Assembly: GCF_001457595.1 (NCBI RefSeq)
Contig: NZ_LN831039.1
Span: 3,570,001-3,602,000 of the forward strand
Length of the DNA stretch: 32,000 nucleotides
DNA from: Mycolicibacterium smegmatis
GTDB lineage: Bacteria; Actinomycetota; Actinomycetes; Mycobacteriales; Mycobacteriaceae
Direction of reading: 5' to 3'
In this document: one piece after another, positions 15,262 through 27,112 of the stretch
How the letters are laid out: every line of letters begins with the position of its first letter
Numbering within the stretch: the first letter of the stretch is position 1
Notes under the pieces: model-generated
Told to the model about the DNA's origin: nothing
Seen by the model: the letters and a program-made list of their open reading frames with translations, nothing else
Databases searched by the model: none
Made by a program: the position numbers and the translations under genes

Positions 15262-16641
15262 TCAGGGACCCTGCTCGACGGCCGGCGGCGGCCACGTCTC
15301 GGGCGGCGGTGACTCCTGATCCCACCGCGACCACGTGTAACGCTCCTGCTCGATCTTGGTCGGATCGCCGAGCATGAAAGCGCGGTGGTAGCGGCTCGCG
15401 CGGGCGATCGTCGCCATCCAGGTGATGACGGTGCTGACGCGGTTGCGCATACCGGTGAGAAACGCGATGTGGATGAAGCCCCACGCCAGCCAGCCCGCGA
15501 ACCCCGATACACGCACGCGATGAACCTGCAGCAGTGCGTCGCCGCGGCGGATGTACGCCGCCGAACCCAGGTCGTGGTACCGGTACGGACGACGCGGCTT
15601 CCCGGCGAGGTCGCGGCGGACGCAGCGCGCTACGTGCAGACCGCCCTGCATGGCGTTCTCGGCGACCCCGGGCAGCTTGTCGCGGCCGACGAGGTCACCG
15701 ACGACGAAGACCTCGGGATGCCCGGGGACGGTGAGGTCCGGTTCCACCTCGATGCGGCCGGCCCGGTCGGTCTTCGCCCCGAGCACCTCGGCGACGTGCC
15801 GCGCGAACGGCACGGCCTCGACGCCTGCGGTCCACAGCACGGTGCGGGTTGCGTATTCCTCGGCCGGGCCGCCGTTCTTGGGCGTGACGGTCACGCCGTC
15901 GCGCCGCACATCGGTGACGTGTACGCCCATCCTCAGTTCGACGCCGAGCGCGCTCAACGACTCCGCGGCGCGTTCCGCCAGATCGGGCGCGAAACTCTTC
16001 AGCACGCGGTCGCCACCGTCGAACAGCAGTACGCGGGCCTCCTCGGGTTCGATGCTGTGGAACTCGTTCGCCAGGGTCCTGGTGGCCATCTCCCTGATCT
16101 GCCCCGCCAGTTCGACACCGGTGGGACCACCGCCTGCCACGGCGAAGGTCAACCACGCGTCGCGCTCCGGCCCGGGCGGAAGGGTCTCGGCGATCTCGAA
16201 CGCGGTGAACACACGCTGGCGGATACTCAGCGCGTCGTCGAGGGTCTTCATACCGGGTGCCCATTCGGAGAACCGCTCGTTGCCCATGTACGACTGGCGC
16301 ATGCCTGCCGCCACCACGAGCACGTCGTAATCCAGGACGAACGATGTCTCGTCCGGCCGCAGGAACGTCACCTGGCGCTGGTCCGGATCAAGTCGGATCG
16401 CCTCTCCCAGAAGGGGTTTGACGTTGCTATACCTCGCGAGTTCCTCGCGCAGCGGCCTGCTGATGTGACCGATGCTGAGTGTCCCGGTGGCGCACTGGTA
16501 GAGCAGCGGCTGGAACAGGTGCCCGGCGGCGCGATCGACCAGGGTGACGTCGACGTCGAGGCGGCCCAACCGTCGAGCACAGAACAGACCGCCGAAACCC
16601 CCACCGATGACCAGCACCTTCATGCGACCGTTGTTGCTCAT
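15262..16641 (-). CDS. ndh: type II NADH:quinone oxidoreductase (NDH-2)
   Basis: It has two dinucleotide folds (KVLVIGGGFGGL and FAVAGGGPTGVELAG), plus FQPLLYQ and VFVVGD. The length and the amphipathic C-terminus are typical of mycobacterial Ndh. Confidence 0.9.
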   Translation of the reverse strand: MSNNGRMKVLVIGGGFGGLFCARRLGRLDVDVTLVDRAAGHLFQPLLYQCATGTLSIGHISRPLREELARYSNVKPLLGEAIRLDPDQRQVTFLRPDETSFVLDYDVLVVAAGMRQSYMGNERFSEWAPGMKTLDDALSIRQRVFTAFEIAETLPPGPERDAWLTFAVAGGGPTGVELAGQIREMATRTLANEFHSIEPEEARVLLFDGGDRVLKSFAPDLAERAAESLSALGVELRMGVHVTDVRRDGVTVTPKNGGPAEEYATRTVLWTAGVEAVPFARHVAEVLGAKTDRAGRIEVEPDLTVPGHPEVFVVGDLVGRDKLPGVAENAMQGGLHVARCVRRDLAGKPRRPYRYHDLGSAAYIRRGDALLQVHRVRVSGFAGWLAWGFIHIAFLTGMRNRVSTVITWMATIARASRYHRAFMLGDPTKIEQERYTWSRWDQESPPPETWPPPAVEQGP

Positions 16642-16689
16642 CGCTACGAGGCTAGCGTGCGGCGCGACGGGTGTGGTTCATTCGGATCG

Positions 16690-17526
16690 TCAAATGCGGC
16701 TCTCGCCGGTGACCTTGTCGACCTCGACGTTGGGGGTGAAGTTGAAATTCGCCACGGCCGTGGACACTCCGGTGCCGATGGGCCCGTCCTGGTCGAACAA
16801 CGCGGCGGTGCCCGTGGCGACGCCTTCGGCGCTGGCATGGACGAGAGCGGCCATGCCGATGTACAGACCGCGCGGCAGCCTGCTGAGGGTCAGCGTGTAA
16901 TCGGCGTTGATGAAGGCCAGACCGTCCGTGCTGAAGTTGGTCAGTGAGCTCGTGACGTCCACCGCGAGTGCGGCCCGCAGCAGCGGCGTCAGTTCCTCGC
17001 CGTCGACGAGGTCACGCACCTCGCGCAACCAGGCGTACCGCGGCCCGTCGTACTGCCACGGGAACGGCGAGTCGATGCTTCCCGGCGGCGCTCCGTAGGG
17101 CGTGATGAACATCGGCACCGTGTCGTCGAACCGCTCGGGCTCGCGCGGTATCGGCGGCAAATCGACCGGCGTGCTCCAGAACCGGCCGCCCGGTTGGACC
17201 CCTCGGCGCAGGTACAGCGCCGAGGCCCGCGCCACCACCTCGCCCTGCTGGGTCATCTCGGCATCGAGCGCCTTCATCCGGGATCCGGACCGGACCACCG
17301 AGGCACTGACCCGTACCGGCGCGCTCGCCACGCGCCGCAGGATCTCGACGGTCAGTCGTGCCGGCTGCAGTTCAGCATCATCGACATGCCGCTCGATGGC
17401 GCGGGCGAGCAGGCCGCCGACGACATGCCCACCCAGCGTCGGCCCCCAGCCACCGTGCGCGATCTCGTTGGGGACGAACCCGTCGTCCCGGCGCATGAAG
17501 TACGGCGTCAACCCGTTGCGGTCCAC
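16690..17526 (-). CDS. acyl-CoA thioesterase-like (double hot-dog, TesB-like) family protein
   Basis: It has FVPNEIAHGGWGP and a two-domain layout of about 270 aa, similar to mycobacterial proteins annotated as thioesterase family protein. The start is GTG 17526. Confidence 0.75.
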   Translation of the reverse strand: MDRNGLTPYFMRRDDGFVPNEIAHGGWGPTLGGHVVGGLLARAIERHVDDAELQPARLTVEILRRVASAPVRVSASVVRSGSRMKALDAEMTQQGEVVARASALYLRRGVQPGGRFWSTPVDLPPIPREPERFDDTVPMFITPYGAPPGSIDSPFPWQYDGPRYAWLREVRDLVDGEELTPLLRAALAVDVTSSLTNFSTDGLAFINADYTLTLSRLPRGLYIGMAALVHASAEGVATGTAALFDQDGPIGTGVSTAVANFNFTPNVEVDKVTGESRI

Positions 17527-17629
17527 CGGAACCCTCTCGTCCGCGTCGCCGGGCCCTGTCCGGCGAACCGGACACCGAGTGTATTACCAATACAGCTACC
17601 GTTGCGATGACGGTATGGGTGTGCGTGCC

Positions 17630-19213
17630 TCAGCCGCCGCCGTCCTGGCGCGGCGTGTCCTCGGATTCGTCCCCGGTCGTACTCGGCGTCGGTTCGGGTT
17701 CCAGCGCGACGCTCTCGATGGGTCGCCGCAACGGGCCGGTGATCGGAGCGTCCTCGGCGGGACGCAGTCGCACGACGCGTCCCACCGCGCGACGCAGCCC
17801 CGGTGGTCCTTCGATCCGGAAGAAGTCACCGACCCGCCCGGCGCGGTAGCGCAGCGGTGAGCCGATGAACTCACCGAGCACGACGCCGGCGCCCAGCGCG
17901 AGTGCGGTCGCACCGGCGGCCAGCAGTTGGGCCAGACCGTCACCGAACCGGTCCTCGACCGCGAAGAAGTACACCGCGCGGAACACCGCCATACCGGGGA
18001 GCATCGGTGTGATGCCCGCCGTGGAGGTCACCAGAGCCGGGGCCTGGCGCCGGATCGACAACAGCGTCGCGAACAGACCCACACCGACCGCAGCGACACC
18101 GGTGGCGACGACCTGCCCGAAACCGGCCCATCCGAGCCCGATCAGCACCACCTCGGCGAATCCGGCCGCCAGCCCGGCCGGCAGCAACGTTCGCCACGGC
18201 GCGTAACTCGCGATGGTCAGGCACACGCTCGCAAACGCCGCCCCGATCACCGCGAGCACGATGGGGCCCGGACGGTAGGGCGTCACGAACGCCTGCGTCG
18301 CGTCGACGTTCAACTGGATCGTCACACCCGCGACCGTGGCGATCTGCAGTCCGGCGAGAATGCCGACGACGATGCCCGCGGTCATGAACAGCGCCTCACT
18401 GAGCCGGGCGACCGCGGTGATCATGTGGCCGGTGATCGCGTCCTGCACCGAACCGACCAGCGTCAGGCCCGACAGCAACATGACGATGCCGGTGGCGACG
18501 AGAGCAGTCAGTCCCTCTCCGGTCACCAGGTACGCCGCGACCGCGACCAGCGTCGCGATCGCAGCCCCCACGACGTTCTGAAAAAAGAACGGTGTGCCGA
18601 TCCGGTTGAGCACCCGGCCGGTCCGGTCGATAGCGGCCGATGTGAGCGCGGCGACCAGACACGTCAGCCAACTGCCGCCGAGCAGCATCGCGATACCGAG
18701 CGCGAAACCGGCCCATCCGGCCGTCGACAGCCACCGCGGATAGGGGTGCGGGCGCTCGGTCACCACATCCATGGCCGCATGCGCCTGGTCGACCGAGACA
18801 CCACCGGAGGTGATGTCTCTGATCAGGGCGTCGAGTTCGGCCAGCCGCGTGTAATCGGTCGATCTGGTCCGCACCGCACGCATGATCGTCAGAGGCGGAC
18901 TGTCCGCAGTGGGCGGCGCGGAGACGATGATCGTGGTGAAGGTGATGTCGACGACGCAGTCTGTGAGGCGATAGGCCTGGGCCACGTCCTGCGCGGTCGC
19001 GACCACGTCTGCGGTACCCGAACCCGAGGACAGCATCACCTCGGCGAGCCGGATGACCAGATCGAGGACCTTGCGGGTGTGCAGGTCCCCCATGCCGGCC
19101 GAGGCCCGGCTGCGCTGCCCCGCAACCGGGGCCGGGTCGCGATGGCCACGCATCGCAACCCGCCGCAACCCACGGCGCAGGCGCGCCGCTCCTTCAGATC
19201 CATCTTGCGCCAT
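17630..19213 (-). CDS. ThrE-family threonine/serine exporter-like membrane protein (Rv3737-like)
   Basis: A cytoplasmic N-domain (VLDLVIRLAEVMLSSGSGTADV) is followed by about 10 hydrophobic helices. The start is uncertain: ATG 19213 is chosen here, and the track gives 19270. Confidence 0.8.
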   Translation of the reverse strand: MAQDGSEGAARLRRGLRRVAMRGHRDPAPVAGQRSRASAGMGDLHTRKVLDLVIRLAEVMLSSGSGTADVVATAQDVAQAYRLTDCVVDITFTTIIVSAPPTADSPPLTIMRAVRTRSTDYTRLAELDALIRDITSGGVSVDQAHAAMDVVTERPHPYPRWLSTAGWAGFALGIAMLLGGSWLTCLVAALTSAAIDRTGRVLNRIGTPFFFQNVVGAAIATLVAVAAYLVTGEGLTALVATGIVMLLSGLTLVGSVQDAITGHMITAVARLSEALFMTAGIVVGILAGLQIATVAGVTIQLNVDATQAFVTPYRPGPIVLAVIGAAFASVCLTIASYAPWRTLLPAGLAAGFAEVVLIGLGWAGFGQVVATGVAAVGVGLFATLLSIRRQAPALVTSTAGITPMLPGMAVFRAVYFFAVEDRFGDGLAQLLAAGATALALGAGVVLGEFIGSPLRYRAGRVGDFFRIEGPPGLRRAVGRVVRLRPAEDAPITGPLRRPIESVALEPEPTPSTTGDESEDTPRQDGGG

Positions 19214-19530
19214 CGCCAAGCACGATACTGACGAAGCACCGCAAACCGGCCGATCACCGCGAACCGACACGGCCTGCCTGACGCCCCCGATTCCCCCGCG
19301 ATCCGTGGCAGCGACGGCTCAGCACCCCGAAACCCGTTGGAAAACAACCATTGCAAGAAATTTCTTCGGCTGGAGGTATAGCGTCGGGCACATCGGGGTA
19401 ACCGCCGCAGCAAGCCTGCGCGCAGAAGCGGTCGGCCGACAATGGCCGAACGCGGCTCGCTCTTGCGCCTCCCATCCGAGCTCCCAGATCGGAGCGAGAC
19501 ATGCACCGACATACCGAATTCGAGAAAGAC

Positions 19531-19559
19531 TTGACTGCGTCCAATCGGGCGAGCAAGGT
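19531..19559 (+). promoter_or_regulatory. probable furA promoter (-35 TTGACT, 17-nt spacer, -10 CAAGGT) giving a leaderless transcript
   Basis: TTGACT is at 19531-19536 and CAAGGT at 19554-19559. The expected transcription start 6-8 nt downstream coincides with ATG 19567. An AT-rich stretch, GAATTCGAGAAAGAC, abuts the -35 element, where FurA autoregulation is known to act in M. tuberculosis. Confidence 0.4.
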
Positions 19560-19566
19560 GGGCGGC

Positions 19567-20007
19567 ATGCCCTCTCGGGCGGAGTTCGAAGCCCAACTGC
19601 GGATGACGGACCTTCGGGTCACCCGCCCGCGGATCGCTGTCATGGAGGCGGTACACGCGAATCCACATGCCGACACCGAGACGATCTACTCGGTGGTACG
19701 TGGTTCTCTGCCAACCGTTTCCCGGCAGGCGGTGTACGACGTGCTGCATGCTCTCACAGCGGCGAACCTGGTCCGGCGCATTCAGCCGTCCGGTGCGACC
19801 GCGCGCTATGAGGCACGGGTCGGCGACAACCATCACCACGTCGTCTGCCGCAACTGCGGGTCCATCGCCGATGTCGACTGTGCGGTCGGTGAGGCGCCGT
19901 GTTTGACGCCTTCGAACGACGACCACGCTCTGGATGGCTTTCTGCTCGACGAAGCCGAGGTCATCTATTGGGGCCGGTGCCGGGAATGCTCGGTGGACGG
20001 CCCTTGA
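19567..20007 (+). CDS. furA: Fur-family peroxide-responsive regulator FurA
   Basis: QLRMTDLRVTRPRIAVMEAVHANPHADTETIYSVV...HHHVVCRNCGSIADVDC...VIYWGRCRECS is near-collinear with M. tuberculosis FurA as I recall it. It lies directly upstream of katG. Confidence 0.9.
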   Translation: MPSRAEFEAQLRMTDLRVTRPRIAVMEAVHANPHADTETIYSVVRGSLPTVSRQAVYDVLHALTAANLVRRIQPSGATARYEARVGDNHHHVVCRNCGSIADVDCAVGEAPCLTPSNDDHALDGFLLDEAEVIYWGRCRECSVDGP

Positions 20008-22293
<2,286 letters not shown>

Positions 22294-22320
22294 ACCGAGA
22301 ACTGGTCACGCTCCATACGG

Positions 22321-22349
22321 CGAGGCCCGCGGGATACCCGCGGGCCTCG
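22321..22349 (+). terminator. intrinsic terminator hairpin (13-bp perfect GC-rich stem, 3-nt loop)
   Basis: CGAGGCCCGCGGG-ata-CCCGCGGGCCTCG lies 28 nt after the katG stop. Confidence 0.7.
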
Positions 22350-22458
22350 CTGTGCGTCGGTGCTCATTGGTGAGTCGGGACCACGAGGTTTTGAGGGTCC
22401 GTTCCAGACGTCTGAGAGTCACCCTGGAAGTAGAGAAGGAAATCGGAAGGCCGGGAAA

Positions 22459-23124
22459 ATGTCGGACGTCTATGAAGCAGTCATCAGCAGGCGGGCGGTG
22501 CGCGGTTTCACCGATCGCCCCGTGCCGAAGGCGGTGCTGGAGCGGGTGCTCAGCGCCGCGGCCTGGTCACCGTCGAGTTCGAATACGCAACCCTGGAACA
22601 TCTACGTCGTGACCGGCGACGCGTTGGCCGCCCTCAAGAAGCGCGCCACCGAGCGCGTGGCCATGGGCGTGCCGTGGGACGAGCGTGAGTACGACATGTA
22701 CCCGGCCACCATGACCTCGCCGTATGCCGACCGCCGAGCGGCGTTCGGAAAGGAGCGTTACAGCGCGCTCGGCATCGCACGCGACGACTGGGAGGCCCGG
22801 CAGCGCGCCGCGATCGCCAACTGGGATTGCTTCGGCGCACCTGCCGCCCTGTTCTGTTACATCGACCGTGGACTCGGCCCGGCCCAGTGGGCCGATCTGG
22901 GCATGTACCTGCAGACCGTGATGCTGCTGCTGCGCGCCGAGGGGCTGCACAGTTGCCCGCAGATGGCCTGGTCACAGGTCCGCACGACGGTCGCCGAGGC
23001 CGTGTCTCCCCCACCTCGGCTCATGCTGTTCTGCGGCATGTCGATCGGCTACGAGGATCCCTCGGTGGACTATGTCCGCACGGGCCGCGCCCCGCTAAAG
23101 GAAACGGTCACGTTCGTCCAGTGA
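22459..23124 (+). CDS. NAD(P)H nitroreductase-family protein
   Basis: AVISRRAVRGFTDRPVPKAVLERVLSAAAWSPSSSNTQPW is a canonical nitroreductase N-terminus. GGAAGG lies 8 nt upstream of ATG 22459. Confidence 0.85.
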   Translation: MSDVYEAVISRRAVRGFTDRPVPKAVLERVLSAAAWSPSSSNTQPWNIYVVTGDALAALKKRATERVAMGVPWDEREYDMYPATMTSPYADRRAAFGKERYSALGIARDDWEARQRAAIANWDCFGAPAALFCYIDRGLGPAQWADLGMYLQTVMLLLRAEGLHSCPQMAWSQVRTTVAEAVSPPPRLMLFCGMSIGYEDPSVDYVRTGRAPLKETVTFVQ

Positions 23125-23129
23125 CCCGG

Positions 23130-24074
23130 CTACCGCCCGTGCGCCTCGAAGAAGTCCATCGACAGCACCGACGCGTCGAATCCACGGATCGCCAGGCCGA
23201 CCTGTTGTGCAGGTAGCACCTCCGGCGCGCCGGGCCACGTGTGTCCGCCGTTGTCGACGCGCATGAAGACCACCGCGGTGCCCGCGGCGCACGGCGCGTA
23301 CGTCAGCCGCTCGGTCGACGTACCGTCGCCGACGGCCGGAAGTGTCTCCGGCGCCGGATCATCCGCGCAGCCGTCGAGACCGCGCCAGCGGTCAACGAGT
23401 TCGGTGGCCGAGAGCACCGTACTGGTGCCGCCGCGTCCGTTCATCACTCCCCCGCCGAACGGCACGATCGGATCGGCGGTGCCGTACATCGCCAGCACGG
23501 AAACGGGTTGTGACGGGCTGCATCCCACATTCGAACCGAGGGTTCCCGCGACCGGTGCGATCGCCGCGAACAGATCGGCGCGCTCGCACGCCAACCGGTT
23601 CGCCATGAAGGCCCCGGCCGACAGGCCCGTCGCATACACCCGGTCGCGGGGTATGCCGAAGTCGGTGACGAGCCGGTCGACCAGCGTGGTGATGAACCCG
23701 ACGTCGTCGACGCCCTCACGATCGGGCACCGACGCGCCGCGACCGTCGGCCCAACTGCGGTCGATCCCGTCGGGGTACACCACGGCGAACCCGTGCGCGT
23801 CAGCGACCGAGTCGTAGTGTGTGAGCGCCGCCTGGTCGGCGCCCGTGAGTCCCGCCGCGTGCAGATTGACCACCAGGCCCGACGGCTTGTCCATCCCGGG
23901 CGGCAGGTGCAACTGATAGGTCCGCAGCATCCCACCGACATCGATCTGAGCTGCCGGTATGGGCCCCAGCGGGCCTGCGTGTGCCCACGGGGCCGCACAG
24001 CCGAGCATCATCGCCGCACCGAGCAGAGAACTCGTCACCGCACGAGCAATTCGCGCCGTCGACGTTTGAGCCAT
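23130..24074 (-). CDS. secreted lipoprotein esterase, LpqC / polyhydroxybutyrate-depolymerase family
   Basis: The signal peptide carries the lipobox AMMLG|C. It has the GLSAGA nucleophile elbow, VYPDG, and GGHTWPG near the C-terminus. GGGGGAG lies upstream of ATG 24074. Confidence 0.8.
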   Translation of the reverse strand: MAQTSTARIARAVTSSLLGAAMMLGCAAPWAHAGPLGPIPAAQIDVGGMLRTYQLHLPPGMDKPSGLVVNLHAAGLTGADQAALTHYDSVADAHGFAVVYPDGIDRSWADGRGASVPDREGVDDVGFITTLVDRLVTDFGIPRDRVYATGLSAGAFMANRLACERADLFAAIAPVAGTLGSNVGCSPSQPVSVLAMYGTADPIVPFGGGVMNGRGGTSTVLSATELVDRWRGLDGCADDPAPETLPAVGDGTSTERLTYAPCAAGTAVVFMRVDNGGHTWPGAPEVLPAQQVGLAIRGFDASVLSMDFFEAHGR

Positions 24075-24157
24075 CGCTCCCCCACGAATAGACCAGCAAA
24101 CGAGAAACCGACGCTACCCGGTTCGGTTGGGCGATTGGTCGAGATTCGCCCAGACGC

Positions 24158-25174
24158 TCAGGTGGTCAGCACGAACCGGTAGCGGGCCCGACCGTCGGCC
24201 ATCGCGCCGTACGCCTCGGCGGCATCGTCGAGCGGGCGTTCCTCGACGCGGGCACGGACACCGGCCACCACCGCGAAGTGCATGGTCTCCTCGACCTCGC
24301 GTGCGGTTCCTGACGGATGTCCCGAGATGCTCACCGCGGGCTGGATCAACTGCGCGGGACTGACCCCCAGGGGTTCGGCGCTGACCCCCACCGCGACGAG
24401 TTCGCCGCGCGGTGCGAGCCCGCCGATCGTGTCGGCCATGGCCTGCGAGTTGCCCGCGGTGCCGAGTACCACCGCTGCGCCGCCGAGGTCCTGCAGTGCG
24501 GCCGCGACGTCCTCGCTCGTCGAGTCGATGTAGTGCCGCGCACCGAGCGCGCGGGCGTCCTGCTCGCGGTCGCCGCGACCGCGAGCGATCACGACGGTGT
24601 CGAATCCCATTGCGGCAGCGAACTGCACACCGAGGTGCCCGAGCCCGCCGAGCCCGATGATCGCCACGACGTCACCGGCGACGGCGCGCGTGTGGCGCAG
24701 CGCGTTGTAGGTGGTGACCCCTGCGCACCCCATCGGGGCGGCCTCGACGAAGCTCAACTCGTCGGGGATGCGGGCCAGCGCGTTGGCGGGCGCGGTCACC
24801 GACTCGGCATATCCACCCGGATAGCTCAGGCTGGGCACCTGTCCGTTGACACAGTGGATGAAGAGCCCCTTGCGACAGGGCACGCAGGTGCCGCAGTGGC
24901 CGCCGAACCAGCCGATGGCGACACGGTCACCGACCGCGAAATCCTCGACGCCGGGCCCGATTTCGGCCACGGTGCCCGCGATCTCGTGTCCGGGGGTGAC
25001 AGGCCACGAGGCGACCGGGAAGACGCCGTTGACGATTCCCCTGTCGGTGCCGCAGACCCCGCATGCCGCGACGTCGATGCGGACCTGGCCCCGGTCGGGA
25101 GGCGGGGTCTCGACATCGGTGAGTTCCAGCGTTCCACCGGTGGATTTCACGTGTACTGCTCGATGAGTGGGCAT
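24158..25174 (-). CDS. zinc-dependent NAD(P) alcohol dehydrogenase (MDR family)
   Basis: Catalytic zinc ligands are CGVCGTD and GHEIAGTV. The structural zinc cluster is CGTCVPCRKGLFIHC. The Rossmann motif is IIGLGGLGHLG. I set the start at ATG 25174. Confidence 0.9.
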   Translation of the reverse strand: MPTHRAVHVKSTGGTLELTDVETPPPDRGQVRIDVAACGVCGTDRGIVNGVFPVASWPVTPGHEIAGTVAEIGPGVEDFAVGDRVAIGWFGGHCGTCVPCRKGLFIHCVNGQVPSLSYPGGYAESVTAPANALARIPDELSFVEAAPMGCAGVTTYNALRHTRAVAGDVVAIIGLGGLGHLGVQFAAAMGFDTVVIARGRGDREQDARALGARHYIDSTSEDVAAALQDLGGAAVVLGTAGNSQAMADTIGGLAPRGELVAVGVSAEPLGVSPAQLIQPAVSISGHPSGTAREVEETMHFAVVAGVRARVEERPLDDAAEAYGAMADGRARYRFVLTT

Positions 25175-25252
25175 GGGGTGATTCAACACTCCGGGGCCAC
25201 GGTTGCCGGGCAAAACGGCGAGACCGGTGCCCGGCCGACCACCCGGACCCGC

Positions 25253-27112
25253 TCAGTGCGCGCCGAGCTTGCCTTCGAGGTACTGCGCGCGGCATGCGCG
25301 GCGCGCCAATTTGCCGCTGGTGGTCCGCGGAATGGCACCCGCGGGCACGAATCGGACGTCAGCGACCGTGACGCCGTGCCGGTGCGCGACCGCCACACGG
25401 ATCGCGTCGATCCCCGGTTGCGGATCGGCGCGGGTGGTCCCCACGGCACGTTCGGCGATCACGACGAGCCCGTCCTGCGTCTGGCCGTCAGATGCGCCCG
25501 GGACGTCTTGGGCCGCAACGGTGAACGCGGTGACGTGACCGCGGCGGACCAGAGGCGACGCGTCCGCCACAGTGGTCTCGATGTCGTGCGGATAGTGACT
25601 GCGCCCGTCGATGACCACGAGATCGGCGATGCGGCCCGTCACGTACAACTCACCGTCGCGGTACACGCCGAGATCGCCGGTGCGCAACCACCGCGCGTCG
25701 GCCGGCGCGTTCCCGGAGTGGGTGCCGTCCCGCAGGCGGGCCCGCAGCGTGGCACCGAACGTCTCGCGCGTCTGCTCCGGCAGGTTCCAGTACCCGCGGC
25801 CGATGTTGTTGCCATGCAGCCAGATCTCGCCGACTGTGCCGTCGCCGAGTTCCTCCCCGGTTCCGGGGTCGACGATCACGGCCTGCAGGCTGCGTGCGAC
25901 CTGACCGCACGACACGTGAGCGACCGCGTCGACGGCGTCGCCTGCGACCGGCACCGCACGACCCTGGGCCAGTTCGTCGCGGTCGAAGTAGACGACCGAC
26001 GCCTGCGCCGCGGGCGCGATGGTCGCGACGAACAGTGTCGCCTCGGCGATGCCGTAGGACGGTTTGAAAGCCGTGGCCGGCAACCCGTATGGCGCGAAGG
26101 CTTTGTTGAAGTCCGCGATGGCCGAGGGGCTCACCGGTTCGGAGCCGATGATGAGCACCACGTTGCTCAGATCGATCTCGTCGCCGTGCTCGGGCACACC
26201 GCGTTGCGCGGTCCACTCGTAGGCGAAGTTGGGCGCGGCCGTGATGACGCGTCCGAACCGTGACTCGTCCGACAACGCCTGGATCCAGCGCTGCGGTCGC
26301 CGGATGAACGCGGTCGGCGACATCAGGGTCGAGTGGCCGCCGTAGACCGCCGGGAAACCGATCATCGAGAGACCCATGTCGTGGTAGAGCGGCAGCCAAC
26401 TCATCCCGTGGGTGTTTCGGTTCAGCAGATCGATCGACAGGATCATCTGCAGCAGGTTGGTGCCGACCGCACGGTGGGTGATCTCGACTCCGACCGGCGG
26501 ACGTGTCGACCCCGACGTGTACTGCAGGTGCGACACGTCGTCGACGTCGACGGGAACAGGCGCGAAATCGGCGCCTGCCGAGTCGGGTACCTCGTCGATG
26601 ACGACGACGTGTGGTTGTTTGCCGGAAAGCTTGTCCAGGAAACCGGTGACCGCCTCCTCCACGGCGGCCGTCGTCAGCACCGTGGTCGGACGCGCGTCGC
26701 TGAGCGCGGTGTCGAGGCGTTCGGCGTGGCCCTGCAACTCCGGGGCGAACAGCGGCACCGCGATGGTGCCCGCCTTGATCGCCGCGAAGAAGCCGATCAC
26801 GTAGTCGAGGCCCTGTGGCGCCAGGACGGCGACCCGGTCACCGCGGGCCGCGACCTGTTGCACCGCAGCGCCGACGGCACGCAACCGAACTCCCAACTGC
26901 CGCCACGTCAGCTCCGCCACCTGGAGTTCTCCGTGGCTGTAGTCCAGGTACCGGTAGGCCACCGAGTCGCCGACATTCGCGATGTTGCGCTCGATGAGCG
27001 AGATCAGGGTCGTGCCGGGAGGCAGCACGATGCCACCGTCGGCATCGAGGCAGTCCTCGATCCGCAAGAGACCGGTGGGCGCCTCGTACTGCGTCCGCGA
27101 TCCGCTGTCCAT
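25253..27112 (-). CDS. fatty-acyl-AMP ligase (FAAL), FadD32-like
   Basis: ANL core motifs are YTSGSTRPPVGV, WLPLYHDMGL, PSYGIAEATL, LRTGDLG, GRIADLVVIDGRSHYPHDIE and IPRTTSGKLARRACR. It aligns end to end with M. tuberculosis FadD32 as I recall it, including the segment corresponding to the FAAL-specific insertion (FDRDELAQGRAVPVAGDAVDAVAHVSCGQ). Confidence 0.88.
   Translation of the reverse strand: MDSGSRTQYEAPTGLLRIEDCLDADGGIVLPPGTTLISLIERNIANVGDSVAYRYLDYSHGELQVAELTWRQLGVRLRAVGAAVQQVAARGDRVAVLAPQGLDYVIGFFAAIKAGTIAVPLFAPELQGHAERLDTALSDARPTTVLTTAAVEEAVTGFLDKLSGKQPHVVVIDEVPDSAGADFAPVPVDVDDVSHLQYTSGSTRPPVGVEITHRAVGTNLLQMILSIDLLNRNTHGMSWLPLYHDMGLSMIGFPAVYGGHSTLMSPTAFIRRPQRWIQALSDESRFGRVITAAPNFAYEWTAQRGVPEHGDEIDLSNVVLIIGSEPVSPSAIADFNKAFAPYGLPATAFKPSYGIAEATLFVATIAPAAQASVVYFDRDELAQGRAVPVAGDAVDAVAHVSCGQVARSLQAVIVDPGTGEELGDGTVGEIWLHGNNIGRGYWNLPEQTRETFGATLRARLRDGTHSGNAPADARWLRTGDLGVYRDGELYVTGRIADLVVIDGRSHYPHDIETTVADASPLVRRGHVTAFTVAAQDVPGASDGQTQDGLVVIAERAVGTTRADPQPGIDAIRVAVAHRHGVTVADVRFVPAGAIPRTTSGKLARRACRAQYLEGKLGAH

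Noticed and set aside
14685-15512. The 275-aa version of the Hab-like ORF.
   Set aside because: The N-terminal 128 residues are Arg/Ser/Gly-rich and overlap the ndh 3' end. A strong AAGGAGA plus ATG at 15128 begins the hydrophobic domain.
19501-19566. Longer furA start at ATG 19501 (168 aa).
   Set aside because: The extra 22 residues are not part of FurA as I recall it. The predicted -35 and -10 elements lie inside this extension and point to a leaderless start at 19567.
22376-22405. DosR-box-like GGGACC ... GGTCC upstream of the nitroreductase gene.
   Set aside because: The half-site spacing is far too long for the DosR palindrome (GGGACT-n-AGTCCC), and only 5 bp are complementary.
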